The notes beneath the pieces are model-generated. The model saw only the letters and a list, made by a program, of their open reading frames with translations, searched no databases and was not told the DNA's origin. This document shows positions 1 to 9,580 of a DNA stretch of 64,000 nucleotides, piece by piece. Within the stretch, counting starts at the first letter, position 1. Every line of letters starts with the position of its first letter. The stretch lies in IMG/VR virus record IMGVR_UViG_3300022902_000007; one strand, written 5' to 3'. The DNA comes from a virus. The position numbers were made by a program, and so were the translations under genes.

Positions 1-55
1 GAAGGCCCTCTCCGAGAAACCCACTCAGAAGCTCTACGAGAGATCTGGAGACGCT

Positions 56-931
56 TTGGCATATCTGGGGTACTTCCCCCCTGCAGAAGCCGAGAAGCCC
101 AGCAGGATGGCCCTGAGGGCTCGTATGAGATTCTTTTACACAACGTTTGAGTCGACCAGACCTCCCAAGGATTGGGCTGGTTTTATAAATCAGTTCGATA
201 AACTGTTTGTTAGCTGTGATATGTGCAGAGATGGCTTCCATGATATTGGTGTTGAAGTACCTATCTCCATAGTTCCCTTGGGTGTAAAAGAAAGTCTTTG
301 GCCTGTGGTGAAACGTACAGGTTCTGGACCTTTTAGATTCTTGCTGTTCGCCAACGCGAACATGAATGACAGGCGTAAGAATTACATGGCTGCTTTCACT
401 GCTTTTAAAAAGGCTTTTGGGAATAGCAAGCACGTAGAACTGATGGTCAAGATCTCTGGCGGGGATGTCCCTCGATTCATTTCGAGGGAAAAGAATGTTC
501 GTGTGGTGTCTGGAAGATTCTCTCAGGAGAGACTCTATCAGATGGTCAGCCATGCTGACTGCTTGCTCAGTCCTACGAGGGGTGAAGGCTATGGCCTTTG
601 TCAGCGTGAGATGATGGCTACTGGAATGCCCGTGGTTGCTGCCAATTTTGGCGGGTTGAAGAGCATCATGGAACAGTCATTCAATTACTCGGTTCCCTAT
701 CAGATGTCCAAGGCTTCATACGGAAATCTCTACGTAAGCAGGAATGGCATGAGTAGGGACTTTGGTCTTTGGGCAGAGCCAGACGTCGATGCAATGACTG
801 ATATCATTGCCGATCTGCCTGGCAGAGTACAAGAAGTGAGAAGCAAGGGACTCGCTGGTGCTCAATGGATCCGAGAGAATGAGACTTATGATATCTGCGC
901 TACCAGGCTTTTCAAGGAGATGGGGTTTTGA
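56..931 (+). CDS. Glycosyltransferase family 4 (GT-B); may begin upstream of the window
   Basis: GT4 signature 'SPTRGEGYGLCQREMMATGMPVV', RKN motif, C-terminal WAEPD. Confidence 0.85.
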   Translation: MAYLGYFPPAEAEKPSRMALRARMRFFYTTFESTRPPKDWAGFINQFDKLFVSCDMCRDGFHDIGVEVPISIVPLGVKESLWPVVKRTGSGPFRFLLFANANMNDRRKNYMAAFTAFKKAFGNSKHVELMVKISGGDVPRFISREKNVRVVSGRFSQERLYQMVSHADCLLSPTRGEGYGLCQREMMATGMPVVAANFGGLKSIMEQSFNYSVPYQMSKASYGNLYVSRNGMSRDFGLWAEPDVDAMTDIIADLPGRVQEVRSKGLAGAQWIRENETYDICATRLFKEMGF

Positions 932-1299
932 AAATAGCTTTTGATCTTGACGGCATTTTGTGTCACGGGTATCCTTATACAGAGGCCAAGCCGTTTGACG
1001 GAGCCGCAGAGCTTTTAGTTCGGCTCAAGAAAGCTGGGCATCATGTAACCATCTTCACAGCCAGAGGCATGGGCCGCAACAAGAATGATGTTGGCTCTGC
1101 CCAGGGACAACTCGCTCTCCTCACTCTCAATCAACTTAGGGATTGGGGATTCACTTATGATGCTTTTCTCATGGGTAAGCCAAGCTATGATCTTTTTATA
1201 GACGACAAAGCTTATGGATATAGCTCAATAATTGATGGCAGAGTAGTACAAGTGTTATCATTCGACCAAGTCAAGATTGGTCTTGAGTCTCTCTTGTGA
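928..1299 (+). CDS. HAD-family phosphatase (capsule-biosynthesis type)
   Basis: Motif I 'FDLDGIL', 'FTARG', 'MGKP..DLFIDDKA'. Confidence 0.85.
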   Translation: MKIAFDLDGILCHGYPYTEAKPFDGAAELLVRLKKAGHHVTIFTARGMGRNKNDVGSAQGQLALLTLNQLRDWGFTYDAFLMGKPSYDLFIDDKAYGYSSIIDGRVVQVLSFDQVKIGLESLL

Positions 1300-1311
1300 T
1301 GAGGGCATCCC

Positions 1312-1887
1312 ATGGTACGAGTTGGCAGCCACATTCCGGACATTGAATATCTAAAGGTACTTCTAATTGAAGATGACCTGGATGATGTTCTTTTGGTCGA
1401 AGAGGCCTTAGAAGATTCTCTGTCTCTTGAAGTTGATATGAATTGTGTTGGAAGCCTGCGAGAAGGTCTCGAACTACTTTCTCAAAATGATTATGATGTC
1501 ATTATTAGTGATCTTGGACTGCCTGATACTTCAGGACTCGAAGCAATCCAGACTCTTGTAGAGGCTGATAGTTCTACTCCGATATTATGTCTGACTGGCA
1601 ATAGCGGACCCGGCTGGCCAGAAAGACTAATGTCTTCTGGCGCTGATGAATATCTCGATAAAGGACACATGGCAGGCTCGCTTGGAAGAGCGATGATCAA
1701 TACCGTGATTAGGGCAAAGCTGGTTTCTCAGTTGCATGATGCCCTCCTGGAACGAGATGCAGCTCTTGAAGTAGCAGCTAACAAGATCGAAGAGTTGTCA
1801 GATAGAGTCGCCGAGATAGAAATGAATCTCTGTGATCTGAAAGACTGCCTCGCTTGTGAACGCATAGATTGTGACAGGAGAAGATAA
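1312..1887 (+). CDS. Response regulator receiver domain protein with C-terminal coiled coil
   Basis: 'VLLIEDD', phospho-acceptor 'ISDLGLPDTSG', 'LTG', 'GADEYLDK'. Confidence 0.85.
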   Translation: MVRVGSHIPDIEYLKVLLIEDDLDDVLLVEEALEDSLSLEVDMNCVGSLREGLELLSQNDYDVIISDLGLPDTSGLEAIQTLVEADSSTPILCLTGNSGPGWPERLMSSGADEYLDKGHMAGSLGRAMINTVIRAKLVSQLHDALLERDAALEVAANKIEELSDRVAEIEMNLCDLKDCLACERIDCDRRR

Positions 1888-2267
1888 TGTCAATTGATCC
1901 CTCCATACGACTTGCTGTAATAGATGCCACTCGCGAAGAACTGGGAAGAGCCCTGGGCCCTGTCGTTGACCAGCTAAAGCATACGCTCGGCAATATTGAA
2001 AACAAGCTTGAGAAGATTGAGCAAGCAGAGAGAGACAGCGACCGGAACCACCTATTGACGGATGGCAAGATCATCATTCTTGAGACTGCAGTTAGAGGAT
2101 TACAAAAAACTGTAGACGAACTACAAAACAAAGCGGATGCACTCACTGAGACACAGACTGGGATTAGTACCAGAATGGCGATATTCGGGGCAGTCACCAT
2201 GGTGGTTGTGAACGGTGTCATCGCCGCCTTGGTCGTTGCCGGCATGGCCGCAGTAGGAGTCGGATAA
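1887..2267 (+). CDS. Coiled-coil protein with C-terminal TM helix (hemolysin/holin-like)
   Basis: Heptad pattern followed by a hydrophobic C-terminus; start overlaps upstream stop. Confidence 0.55.
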   Translation: MSIDPSIRLAVIDATREELGRALGPVVDQLKHTLGNIENKLEKIEQAERDSDRNHLLTDGKIIILETAVRGLQKTVDELQNKADALTETQTGISTRMAIFGAVTMVVVNGVIAALVVAGMAAVGVG

Positions 2268-2452
2268 TGCCTCGTTCAGATAACACTCTGGAATTCGTAC
2301 TGGCTCAGTGTGCGGCGATAGAAGCTCGTATAGATAAATTAAATAGGGGCAGAGAAGAAGACTTGGAAGAGCAGGATACAGTGGTCATCAAGAATGATCA
2401 GGTTAGCGGCAAGAAAAAGCTTGTTGACAGTCTCAATACGCAGGAGCAATAA
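2267..2452 (+). CDS. Hypothetical protein
   Basis: TAATG coupling to the upstream gene. Confidence 0.5.
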   Translation: MPRSDNTLEFVLAQCAAIEARIDKLNRGREEDLEEQDTVVIKNDQVSGKKKLVDSLNTQEQ

Positions 2453-2677
2453 ATGGCCTGGACAATGACAGAAGCTCGGTACGACCGAATCAACAATAGA
2501 CTCACTCGGATAGAAGAAGTACTGAACGACATCATCGTGGGGATGGAAAGCTACGTGACTACTTCTCAAGTTCAGAGCCTGCTGGCCATACTGACAGCCC
2601 AGATTGGTGAGATCAGTAGCACGGTAGACACACTGGAAGATCGCGTAGAAGATATTGAAGCTGAGCCGGTAAGCTAA
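2453..2677 (+). CDS. Hypothetical coiled-coil protein
   Basis: Abuts upstream stop; heptad repeats. Confidence 0.55.
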   Translation: MAWTMTEARYDRINNRLTRIEEVLNDIIVGMESYVTTSQVQSLLAILTAQIGEISSTVDTLEDRVEDIEAEPVS

Positions 2678-3201
2678 GTTCTTAGTTCTTTTCGGCTTTG
2701 AGAGTTGAGCCAGGGGAACGGAACTCCTGGAATATTTTTCCCTGTGAAGCTACAAAGTTGTCTCCACAACAATTCGTCTTCAGTTTCTGTCACACTTGCG
2801 ATTAGTATTTGTTGTGCGGGGACCAGTGCCTTACAAGCATTCTTGTGGGAGTAGTACTTCTCAGTAAAAACTGCTTTGTCGAAGTTGGTGATGCCGAAGA
2901 TAGCTCGACGCCAATGGGGGCATCCCCTTCTGTTGTCCCACCAGTATTCGCATGATTTGAGCCACTCTTCAAGAGGCCTTTCTGTGTAAATGAACTTCCC
3001 ATTTGGATAGGTCTTTAGAAGCTTGGCGTAGATCGCTGAACAGAACGCACCGCTGATAAAGTCTACTTTGTTGGCTTGGTTGATAGTGTGCCCCGGTGTT
3101 GAAGCTCTTTTGTCATGAGAAACAGTGTACCCAAGTATCTTCATTGCCCTGGATACAGAGCTTGTGCAGGTCTTTGGTAGGCCTATTCCAAATATTTTCA
3201 C
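2674..3201 (-). CDS. Sulfotransferase family protein (Sulfotransfer_4-like)
   Basis: 'KIFGIGLPKTCTSS' PAPS loop; 'KFIYTER..EWLKS'; 'WRQLCSF..PFPWLN'. Confidence 0.8.
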   Translation of the reverse strand: MKIFGIGLPKTCTSSVSRAMKILGYTVSHDKRASTPGHTINQANKVDFISGAFCSAIYAKLLKTYPNGKFIYTERPLEEWLKSCEYWWDNRRGCPHWRRAIFGITNFDKAVFTEKYYSHKNACKALVPAQQILIASVTETEDELLWRQLCSFTGKNIPGVPFPWLNSQSRKELRT

Positions 3202-4526
3202 TTCTTCCTACCGAGAAAAGTTATCACGGCGAAGCCTTTGCCCACTCTGTGATTGTCAACTGCTGTATCCAGGTGATACTCGACAGACAGGTCATACCTG
3301 CTCTTCCACCCTTTGATATATTTTTGTTCTATCTCTGTTCTCGCTGCGTCATGGAGTATGATCGTTGTTCCTCGCTTGAGGACAGAATCCATGTCGTATA
3401 GTACTTGTTCTCTCCCCTTCCTGGTTCCATCAATGAATATCAGGTCTGCCCAGCGTGGTAGTTTCGCGTCGTCTATTCTATAGATTCCATTGTGGGTTTC
3501 GCACTGTTGATACTCTATTTCCAGGTTCTGTCTTTTTATTTCTGTGCTGACTGTTTCGTACCAGTGATCTGAGTCTTCAATCGAGAATATCCGCAAATTT
3601 TCATAGTGGTCTTTTTTGATATGACCAAGCATCAGAGTAGTCGCTCCGGAGCCGATCTCGACGACACTTGCTGGACGACTCAGAAGCACAAATCTTTTTA
3701 ATTGTCTCATCTCCAGTTTAGTTGGGCTCCATTTCGTCCATGCATTTCTTACATACCTGGGCAAGTGCACCAGGCTGTCTGACTCTTGGAAGAATTTTGG
3801 AGCTATATCATCTTCTTTCATTTTCGCAAGCATTATGTCTGGTTCTCGAATTGCTGCATAGTGAATGACGAAGGCATCCTCTCTGGCGCACCTCTTGTTA
3901 CAGAAGTGCATCCAGTTCCAGTTACGAGCAAGGTCGTGGATCTTGAATTTGTTAGCCTGCAAGTTGTAATTCAACTGTGTCTGATCCTGGAATAGCTGAG
4001 ACCAATACCTATCTGGATCTATTTGGAACATTTTGTGATGTTCTCGTGATGCAACCATGACTCCAGAGTTGAAGAAAAATCCTTTACCTCTTTCTTTGAG
4101 TTCCCAGCCTATGTCTCCTAAGTGGCTTTGGGCTCTCTTTGCATCTCGCCTGATGGCTCCAGAGTTGCCATTGTTGTTTGTATATTCATTATATACTCCG
4201 ACACTATGTACTGGGATTTCTTTGAAGATGTTTGGAGCCCAGCTGCGTATCAGGATGTCTATGTCGAAGTAGGCCACTCTCTCATACATTTGTAGGAGAT
4301 CTTCTATCTGTGCTTTTTCGAAGTGGGGAGTACCACCTTTGATGTTTTTGATGACCTTATCAATGACCACGAAGTCTGCATTGATTTTTTTGGCATAGAC
4401 TGCCATATGTTTTTTGGCTACTTCAGCCACCTCTTGATACTTGTCTCCAATGGAGAGTGTCACGATAGCATTGTCTTCCGTAGGATACAGATCTTCTATG
4501 CATGTTGTTTCATTGTTCAAGATCAT
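3198..4526 (-). CDS. Glycosyltransferase (GT-A, GT8-like) fused to a class I SAM methyltransferase
   Basis: 'YFDIDILI', 'FNSGVMV', 'DQTQLNY', 'WNWM', 'IHYA'; C-terminal 'VVEIGSGATT', 'DLIFIDG', 'ILHDA'. Confidence 0.8.
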   Translation of the reverse strand: MILNNETTCIEDLYPTEDNAIVTLSIGDKYQEVAEVAKKHMAVYAKKINADFVVIDKVIKNIKGGTPHFEKAQIEDLLQMYERVAYFDIDILIRSWAPNIFKEIPVHSVGVYNEYTNNNGNSGAIRRDAKRAQSHLGDIGWELKERGKGFFFNSGVMVASREHHKMFQIDPDRYWSQLFQDQTQLNYNLQANKFKIHDLARNWNWMHFCNKRCAREDAFVIHYAAIREPDIMLAKMKEDDIAPKFFQESDSLVHLPRYVRNAWTKWSPTKLEMRQLKRFVLLSRPASVVEIGSGATTLMLGHIKKDHYENLRIFSIEDSDHWYETVSTEIKRQNLEIEYQQCETHNGIYRIDDAKLPRWADLIFIDGTRKGREQVLYDMDSVLKRGTTIILHDAARTEIEQKYIKGWKSRYDLSVEYHLDTAVDNHRVGKGFAVITFLGRKK

Positions 4527-5113
4527 TTGAGCTTCCTATGCTTTTGTGTAGCGATGATTCTTGTTGAGGGAGCTGAAGTACTTATGGCGAGATGGTAGCT
4601 TCTGTTGCTATTTTTGATACTTCTGATGGGAACTGGCGGCGTTATCAAGCCTCGCGCCCACGCCCATGTGTCAGTCAATTGTCCAGGGTCTCCCTGATTC
4701 GTTGCGAGTCTCATGAATTCCTGAGCTCCTGCCTGGCTTACCAGTAGTGCATAGTCCCACCTCCCAAGTCTGCACATCAGATAATCTGATTTTATGTGCT
4801 TTTTTATCTTGGCTACTTTTGGCATAAAGTTTCTTTCTATTCTTACATCGTCCTGAAAGATTATGGTTTCTTTGATCTTGGTGTCTATCATGAATTGATA
4901 GAATGTCAAGTAAGAAGCCCAGAGCCCGGCAGCTCCACCAGACGTGCAGTGCATCCCATATCGAGATAGTACGTTGTCAGCTTTATTTTTCAAAGCACCG
5001 TCAATACCAAGCCAGATTTGTAGACTTGGCAATCGTCTCATCATATGGTGTTTGATGTGACGCAATCTGTTCTTATCTCTTTCTAAGTGAAGGACATAGA
5101 GAGGAGCGTTCAT
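4523..5113 (-). CDS. Glycosyltransferase family 25-like
   Basis: 'YVLHLERDKNR', 'GIDG', 'IIFQDDV', 'LVSQAGA'. Confidence 0.7.
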   Translation of the reverse strand: MNAPLYVLHLERDKNRLRHIKHHMMRRLPSLQIWLGIDGALKNKADNVLSRYGMHCTSGGAAGLWASYLTFYQFMIDTKIKETIIFQDDVRIERNFMPKVAKIKKHIKSDYLMCRLGRWDYALLVSQAGAQEFMRLATNQGDPGQLTDTWAWARGLITPPVPIRSIKNSNRSYHLAISTSAPSTRIIATQKHRKLK

Positions 5114-5811
5114 TTTGATTCCTTGAACAATTTGTCGATTCTTTTCCAGTATGGAGTTTTTCTATTATCGAAACGATTTGTACGAGTGGCCTTGAATCTT
5201 TTTGTGACGTAGTTCACTTGTTTTGATTGGTATCCCATTTCTCTAAGTGTTTTAGGGATCGCGTCTTCATTCTTCGTGATTGAGTGAAACGTAACTTTTG
5301 GTAGTCTGTCATAACAGGTAGCAGCCTCTCGCAGGCTATTGATAAAAGCTGTCAGTAGCTTGTCATCAATCCCATTGCTCTTCTCTGCTTCTTTTATCAA
5401 ATCTTCATCTACAGCTCTTAGTGGGTACCACCATTCTCTCATTGTCATTGCGTAGGTGACATCTTGAATCATTCTGTCTATTCTCAGTATGTTGAATGCT
5501 TCAGGATGACGTTCTCTCAGAGCTTTTATTACGAATGGTTGTACTACGTCCTTCACGATGTAGTTGTTTCTAAACTCCATTATGTATTCTATTTGACTGT
5601 CTATTAACTTCGGATCCTGACTATAGAATGGTCCAGTTGTTTCTAACGTCATTCCACTGGGGCTCTTTGGCTGGTAGTTCAAAATCTCTCCAGCATTGGC
5701 ACCGCATGGGGTGAGTACGTTTTCCAGTGATTCGCAAGCGATCTTATAGCTTTTACTCGTAAGGCTTCGCGGCAGGCCGACGATCAGAAGGCTTTTCATT
5801 CTTTTCCTCAA
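5110..5811 (-). CDS. Sulfotransferase-like P-loop protein
   Basis: 'LIVGLPRSLTS' resembles the 5'-PSB loop. Confidence 0.55.
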   Translation of the reverse strand: MRKRMKSLLIVGLPRSLTSKSYKIACESLENVLTPCGANAGEILNYQPKSPSGMTLETTGPFYSQDPKLIDSQIEYIMEFRNNYIVKDVVQPFVIKALRERHPEAFNILRIDRMIQDVTYAMTMREWWYPLRAVDEDLIKEAEKSNGIDDKLLTAFINSLREAATCYDRLPKVTFHSITKNEDAIPKTLREMGYQSKQVNYVTKRFKATRTNRFDNRKTPYWKRIDKLFKESK

Positions 5812-5818
5812 AAGGGTT

Positions 5819-5836
5819 GGCCCTCCGAAGAGGGCC
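5819..5836 (-). terminator. GC-rich hairpin with UUCG loop (putative terminator or processing site)
   Basis: Minus strand GGCCCTC-TTCG-GAGGGCC followed by AACCCTTTT. Confidence 0.5.
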
Positions 5837-5840
5837 TCTT

Positions 5841-6014
5841 TTAGTCTATCACCGTGACTTCTCGTCCTTCTATCAGGATGGTTGGCTGCTTTTTGTTCAG
5901 CTCCAGGAGGAGTTCGGTATTTTGTTTGGTAAGTTCTTCGTTTCGTTCTTGAAGTCTCTCGTTTTCGCGCTGAAGACGACAGACTTTTTCTTCAAGGGAC
6001 CTCTCTTGGCACAT
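5841..6014 (-). CDS. Small coiled-coil protein (57 aa, not in the ORF track)
   Basis: Hand translation MCQERSLEEKVCRLQRENERLQERNEELTKQ...; GGAG upstream. Confidence 0.55.
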   Translation of the reverse strand: MCQERSLEEKVCRLQRENERLQERNEELTKQNTELLLELNKKQPTILIEGREVTVID

Positions 6015-6041
6015 GATTCACTCCAAAGCCCCTACTGTCTA

Positions 6042-6530
6042 CTAAAAGACAGGTGGGCGGAATGGGGTTAGCTCTATGTAGGGCTCCCAATCTTCGGAGC
6101 CGGGTTCCAGGTTATCGTCACTGGTAAGAGTGTAGATCCCTTCTTTTTCGATCTTCACTGCAACCAGTTTGTCTGTGTTGTTGATTACATCTCCGACCAT
6201 GATCCCGAGAGGACGTTTACCATGCTGTTCCCAGTGTGGAACTGGGGTCTTTGCATCGAAATCTATGACGCGGGTCTCACGGGTATTCATCATCTGTGGT
6301 TCTTTTGCAAACGAGATGATTGCACTTGTCCAGTGTCTGTGGTGGCAAAGCCAGGTGTATACTGCTTTCTTGATATCACTGGCGTCCAGATCTTCTACCA
6401 GGGTCTTTCCGCCAGCAATGACATACTTGATGGGCTTCACTGTCTTGGTGCCCATGATCTTCTTGACCAGTGCCTTCTGATCGCTTCTTGGGGGCATTTG
6501 TTTTAGGGCTTCTGCTTTAGTTGGTGCCAT
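6042..6530 (-). CDS. Hypothetical protein
   Basis: ORF in a minus-strand operon. Confidence 0.55.
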   Translation of the reverse strand: MAPTKAEALKQMPPRSDQKALVKKIMGTKTVKPIKYVIAGGKTLVEDLDASDIKKAVYTWLCHHRHWTSAIISFAKEPQMMNTRETRVIDFDAKTPVPHWEQHGKRPLGIMVGDVINNTDKLVAVKIEKEGIYTLTSDDNLEPGSEDWEPYIELTPFRPPVF

Positions 6531-7126
6531 AGTTCTTGTAAATCCTCATAGATTGTCCTGCCTGTCAGATGACTTATTTTGGCAATCTCTTGCCGCTCAT
6601 AGCCTAAAAGCTTCATGATAGCCATGTGCCAGATCCACGGACTGTTTTGCTTGATGTTATTCAATAACATGAAGTCTGTTTCAAGGGCTGGTCCTTCATG
6701 TATATCAATAACTGGTCTTGGTGTTCTACTCTTTCGATACGTCTTTCTTATTTGTCTGACTACGCAGCCGTTGAACTCTTGAAGTATCGCCACCATGTAT
6801 CCCCAGTGATACTCACCAGGTCTGGGAGGTCCTATGCGAGCGAGGGTTCTCCAAAGCCAATACTCCATGTCTTCGTATGGGCTTCCTGCTTCCCTCCACG
6901 CGTTTAGCATGGAGACAGCTTTTGTTACACTTCCTCTTGAAGCTATTCCTCCCAAGTACATAACTGGATCAGACAGATATTTTCCTGATGATATTTCTTT
7001 TGCTATTAGTTTCAGTAGTGGACTGAATATCCAGAAGATCTCTTCCAGTGTTGAGTCTGTTGAGATCCTCTTCCAGTCTATCAGCTTCGTGCTATTTGTT
7101 ATCTTGGGCTCTCTGAGTATCAACAT
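6503..7126 (-). CDS. Protein with C-terminal HTH (sigma region 4-like); start uncertain
   Basis: 'LGYERQEIAKISHLTGRTIYEDL' HTH; ORF extension to 7441 overlaps the resolvase gene. Confidence 0.5.
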   Translation of the reverse strand: MLILREPKITNSTKLIDWKRISTDSTLEEIFWIFSPLLKLIAKEISSGKYLSDPVMYLGGIASRGSVTKAVSMLNAWREAGSPYEDMEYWLWRTLARIGPPRPGEYHWGYMVAILQEFNGCVVRQIRKTYRKSRTPRPVIDIHEGPALETDFMLLNNIKQNSPWIWHMAIMKLLGYERQEIAKISHLTGRTIYEDLQELWHQLKQKP

Positions 7127-7484
7127 GGTCCATGTATACTTTGGCAATGGTGAGGAAGTCGTCAAGGAGCATGGTAACATATATAGGCTTGTAGTCGTCT
7201 TTGGTGATGGCCACGGGGACCTTGTTGGACAGACCTTCTTCAATGTCAGAAACGGCTTGACGCATGGCTGCCTTGATGTCTGAGCGTTTATGTCTTTTGA
7301 GCTCGAAGTGGAATAGGTCTTCTGAGTCCTGTCCAATTTCAACATCCGCGACTTCTGCACCGCCTCCTCTAGTTTGCCCCAGGCCACGCTTGAAAGGTCT
7401 GTCGAGCCTTTCAGAAAATAGCTTGGCGATTTCGCGTTCAAAGTTTGCTCCTTTCTGTCTCGCCCCTTTTCCTCTACTTGCCAT
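7092..7484 (-). CDS. Holliday junction resolvase-like PD-(D/E)XK nuclease
   Basis: 'KGANFEREIAK', 'ADV', 'FELKR'. Confidence 0.8.
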   Translation of the reverse strand: MASRGKGARQKGANFEREIAKLFSERLDRPFKRGLGQTRGGGAEVADVEIGQDSEDLFHFELKRHKRSDIKAAMRQAVSDIEEGLSNKVPVAITKDDYKPIYVTMLLDDFLTIAKVYMDHVDTQRAQDNK

Positions 7485-8160
7485 GTTTTTCTATCCTTAC
7501 TGGCTTGGTGATGTCATCGAGGAGACCCAGCTCTTTGGCTTCTCCTGCGAAGAAGTATTTCATGGTTACGTCTTCGAAATGTTTACGCCACTTGCGCTGG
7601 TTCAGTCCGAAGCCTTCACGGAAGCACTCCATGTATCTGGCCATGGACTCTGTATATGCTTTGTGTGTAGCTTCGTTCTGTTCCTTGGATCCTACCTGTG
7701 GATGATACCACTGGACTGGATGATAAAAGAACATGGAGTTGGGGAAGGAGAGCTTCACATCAGCGGCGGCGAGAACAAGGAGTCCGCCGGAGGCGCATTG
7801 ACCAGTAACAGTCACTACGATTGGAGTCGGTAGCATCACCATGGTATCGTACATCGCCAGGGCATCATGGAGTGACCCACCAGGAGTATTCAGGTGTACG
7901 TGTATCTGTTCCATCGGTGCCTGAGATACGAGTTCTAATAGCTGAGAGATGTACACCAGCGATGATCGTTCATTGATGGGGCCATTCATGGCAATGGTCC
8001 GTGAACCCTGACCATAGAATCGAAGATCATTGGGCCCCCAGTATCCAGAGAGATCAGACAGAGGCTCTTCCTCTTCTTCTCCCTCTTCTTCATTCTCTGT
8101 GTTTTCGAGTTCTTCTGGAGCTGCTTCATCCGAAGAGAAGATTTTTGAGAAGCGATGCAT
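7474..8160 (-). CDS. clpP: ClpP-like protease subunit
   Basis: 'HLNTPGGS', 'AMYDTM', 'GQCASGG' (Ser), 'FYHP' (His), 'EAKELGLLDDI'. Confidence 0.85.
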   Translation of the reverse strand: MHRFSKIFSSDEAAPEELENTENEEEGEEEEEPLSDLSGYWGPNDLRFYGQGSRTIAMNGPINERSSLVYISQLLELVSQAPMEQIHVHLNTPGGSLHDALAMYDTMVMLPTPIVVTVTGQCASGGLLVLAAADVKLSFPNSMFFYHPVQWYHPQVGSKEQNEATHKAYTESMARYMECFREGFGLNQRKWRKHFEDVTMKYFFAGEAKELGLLDDITKPVRIEKHGK

Positions 8161-8539
8161 CTATCTTTCCTTTCATTGTATATGGGATTATATGGAAGTC
8201 GTATCCAGCCTTTTCCAAGGTCATTTGTTTCAAACTATCTCTATATTGGATCTCCCTAAAGTCTCGCATTGCATCTGAGTACGATTTGTTTCCAAAGTTG
8301 ACCATATCATAGTGTTGCTTCCCATGCAGTTCGAGCACGGCCTGGAGCTCATGTAGATACCAATCAACAAAAAGACTTCCAGAAGAAAAACCATCACAAA
8401 GATCGGCCAGCGGAACCTCTTGATAGCATCCGAGATTCCTGAAAAATGGGTCATTTATGAATACCTTTCTGACTGCATTGTGAAAATTAGAAGCCGAGTC
8501 TATCAACTCGAACTGATTTTTCCATTTAAGTTTTGGCAA
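8126..8539 (-). CDS. Vsr/DUF559-like endonuclease
   Basis: 'QEVP', 'FVDWY', 'LELHGKQHY', 'RDSLKQ', 'IPY'. Confidence 0.7.
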   Translation of the reverse strand: MPKLKWKNQFELIDSASNFHNAVRKVFINDPFFRNLGCYQEVPLADLCDGFSSGSLFVDWYLHELQAVLELHGKQHYDMVNFGNKSYSDAMRDFREIQYRDSLKQMTLEKAGYDFHIIPYTMKGKIDASLLKNLLFG

Positions 8540-8867
8540 TCTTCATCTCCCTGTCTGAGCAGATGGCGAGAAGCAGTCCTTTTGAAAAGAGGAATTTATA
8601 TAAGTCTTCATATTCTGCTTCTGACTTGACCTCTTTGAATTGGCCAGTAGATGAGTCCCATTCTTCTATGTAGATGTGTCCACCAGGGACATAATGTTTG
8701 AATGCCATGTATTCTTTGAGACCGCGAGCCACTGTGGCAAGATGAAGCCAAGGGCCACCTTTGAATACTTTTGAATCGAGTACCTGACGGACGTCATTTA
8801 GCACGATGAATTTAGTTCCGAATGCTTTGGCCATTTTGTCTACTCCTTGGCTGACAGGATGTTGCAT
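8526..8867 (-). CDS. Hypothetical protein
   Basis: ORF in operon context. Confidence 0.5.
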   Translation of the reverse strand: MQHPVSQGVDKMAKAFGTKFIVLNDVRQVLDSKVFKGGPWLHLATVARGLKEYMAFKHYVPGGHIYIEEWDSSTGQFKEVKSEAEYEDLYKFLFSKGLLLAICSDREMKIAKT

Positions 8868-9580
8868 CTGTTGAATAGTTTACATGATCTGTCTGGACAG
8901 GGTAGAGTCGGCATCGAGTAGCCATTTTGTAGAAGTGTAGCCGCTGCTGCGATCTGTCTTTCGAAATTTTTGTTTAGGCGGGTAGTATCATATGTCTGAT
9001 AGGTAAGGTTGTGTTTTTCCGTCATTCCAAAGATGTGAGCCCTTGCCTTTGTGTTCCATCCACCCCAATGAAGTCTGACTACCGGGTCCAATTCCTTTAG
9101 TTTTAGATAAGTGCATGGATCATTTAACAGGTAGTGTGGATCGGCATATGGTGAGAACAGCAGTACGTGAAGAGTTTTGTTGTCTCTGGTTTTTAGAACG
9201 CCGGAGAATTCCAGCTCAACAGTTGCTCGGCCTGCCTTGACACGATGTCTAAAAGGCCCGATGATGGGGTAGTACCTATGCATCGGCAGATATTGGAGGT
9301 ATTCATCTATCCACATGGTGCAATGCCTATGAGCCTCTTCCAACTGTTGTTCGAGGAGGTGCTCTGACTTGTTCAGTACCGTGAGAGATCGCAAGAGACA
9401 GCTTTGCAGGGACCTCAGTGGGTCGTGCAGCTCGTTCCGAAGTGTCTTTACGATAATTGCTTCAACGGTTCTTTTTACGACTCTTAGATGGAATCTTGGT
9501 TCTCTTAGATTTCCTCTTTGATACTTTCGGGCGCATTGAAGGAAGGTTCTGAGTTCGTCTTCCTTTAGATGTTTTTTCAA
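8840..9580 (-). CDS. Hypothetical protein, possibly a degenerate PD-(D/E)XK/Cas4-like nuclease
   Basis: N-terminal 'FLQCARKYQ' and C-terminal 'CPDRSCKLFNRC' Cys pattern; catalytic residues not evident. Confidence 0.45.
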   Translation of the reverse strand: MKKHLKEDELRTFLQCARKYQRGNLREPRFHLRVVKRTVEAIIVKTLRNELHDPLRSLQSCLLRSLTVLNKSEHLLEQQLEEAHRHCTMWIDEYLQYLPMHRYYPIIGPFRHRVKAGRATVELEFSGVLKTRDNKTLHVLLFSPYADPHYLLNDPCTYLKLKELDPVVRLHWGGWNTKARAHIFGMTEKHNLTYQTYDTTRLNKNFERQIAAAATLLQNGYSMPTLPCPDRSCKLFNRCNILSAKE

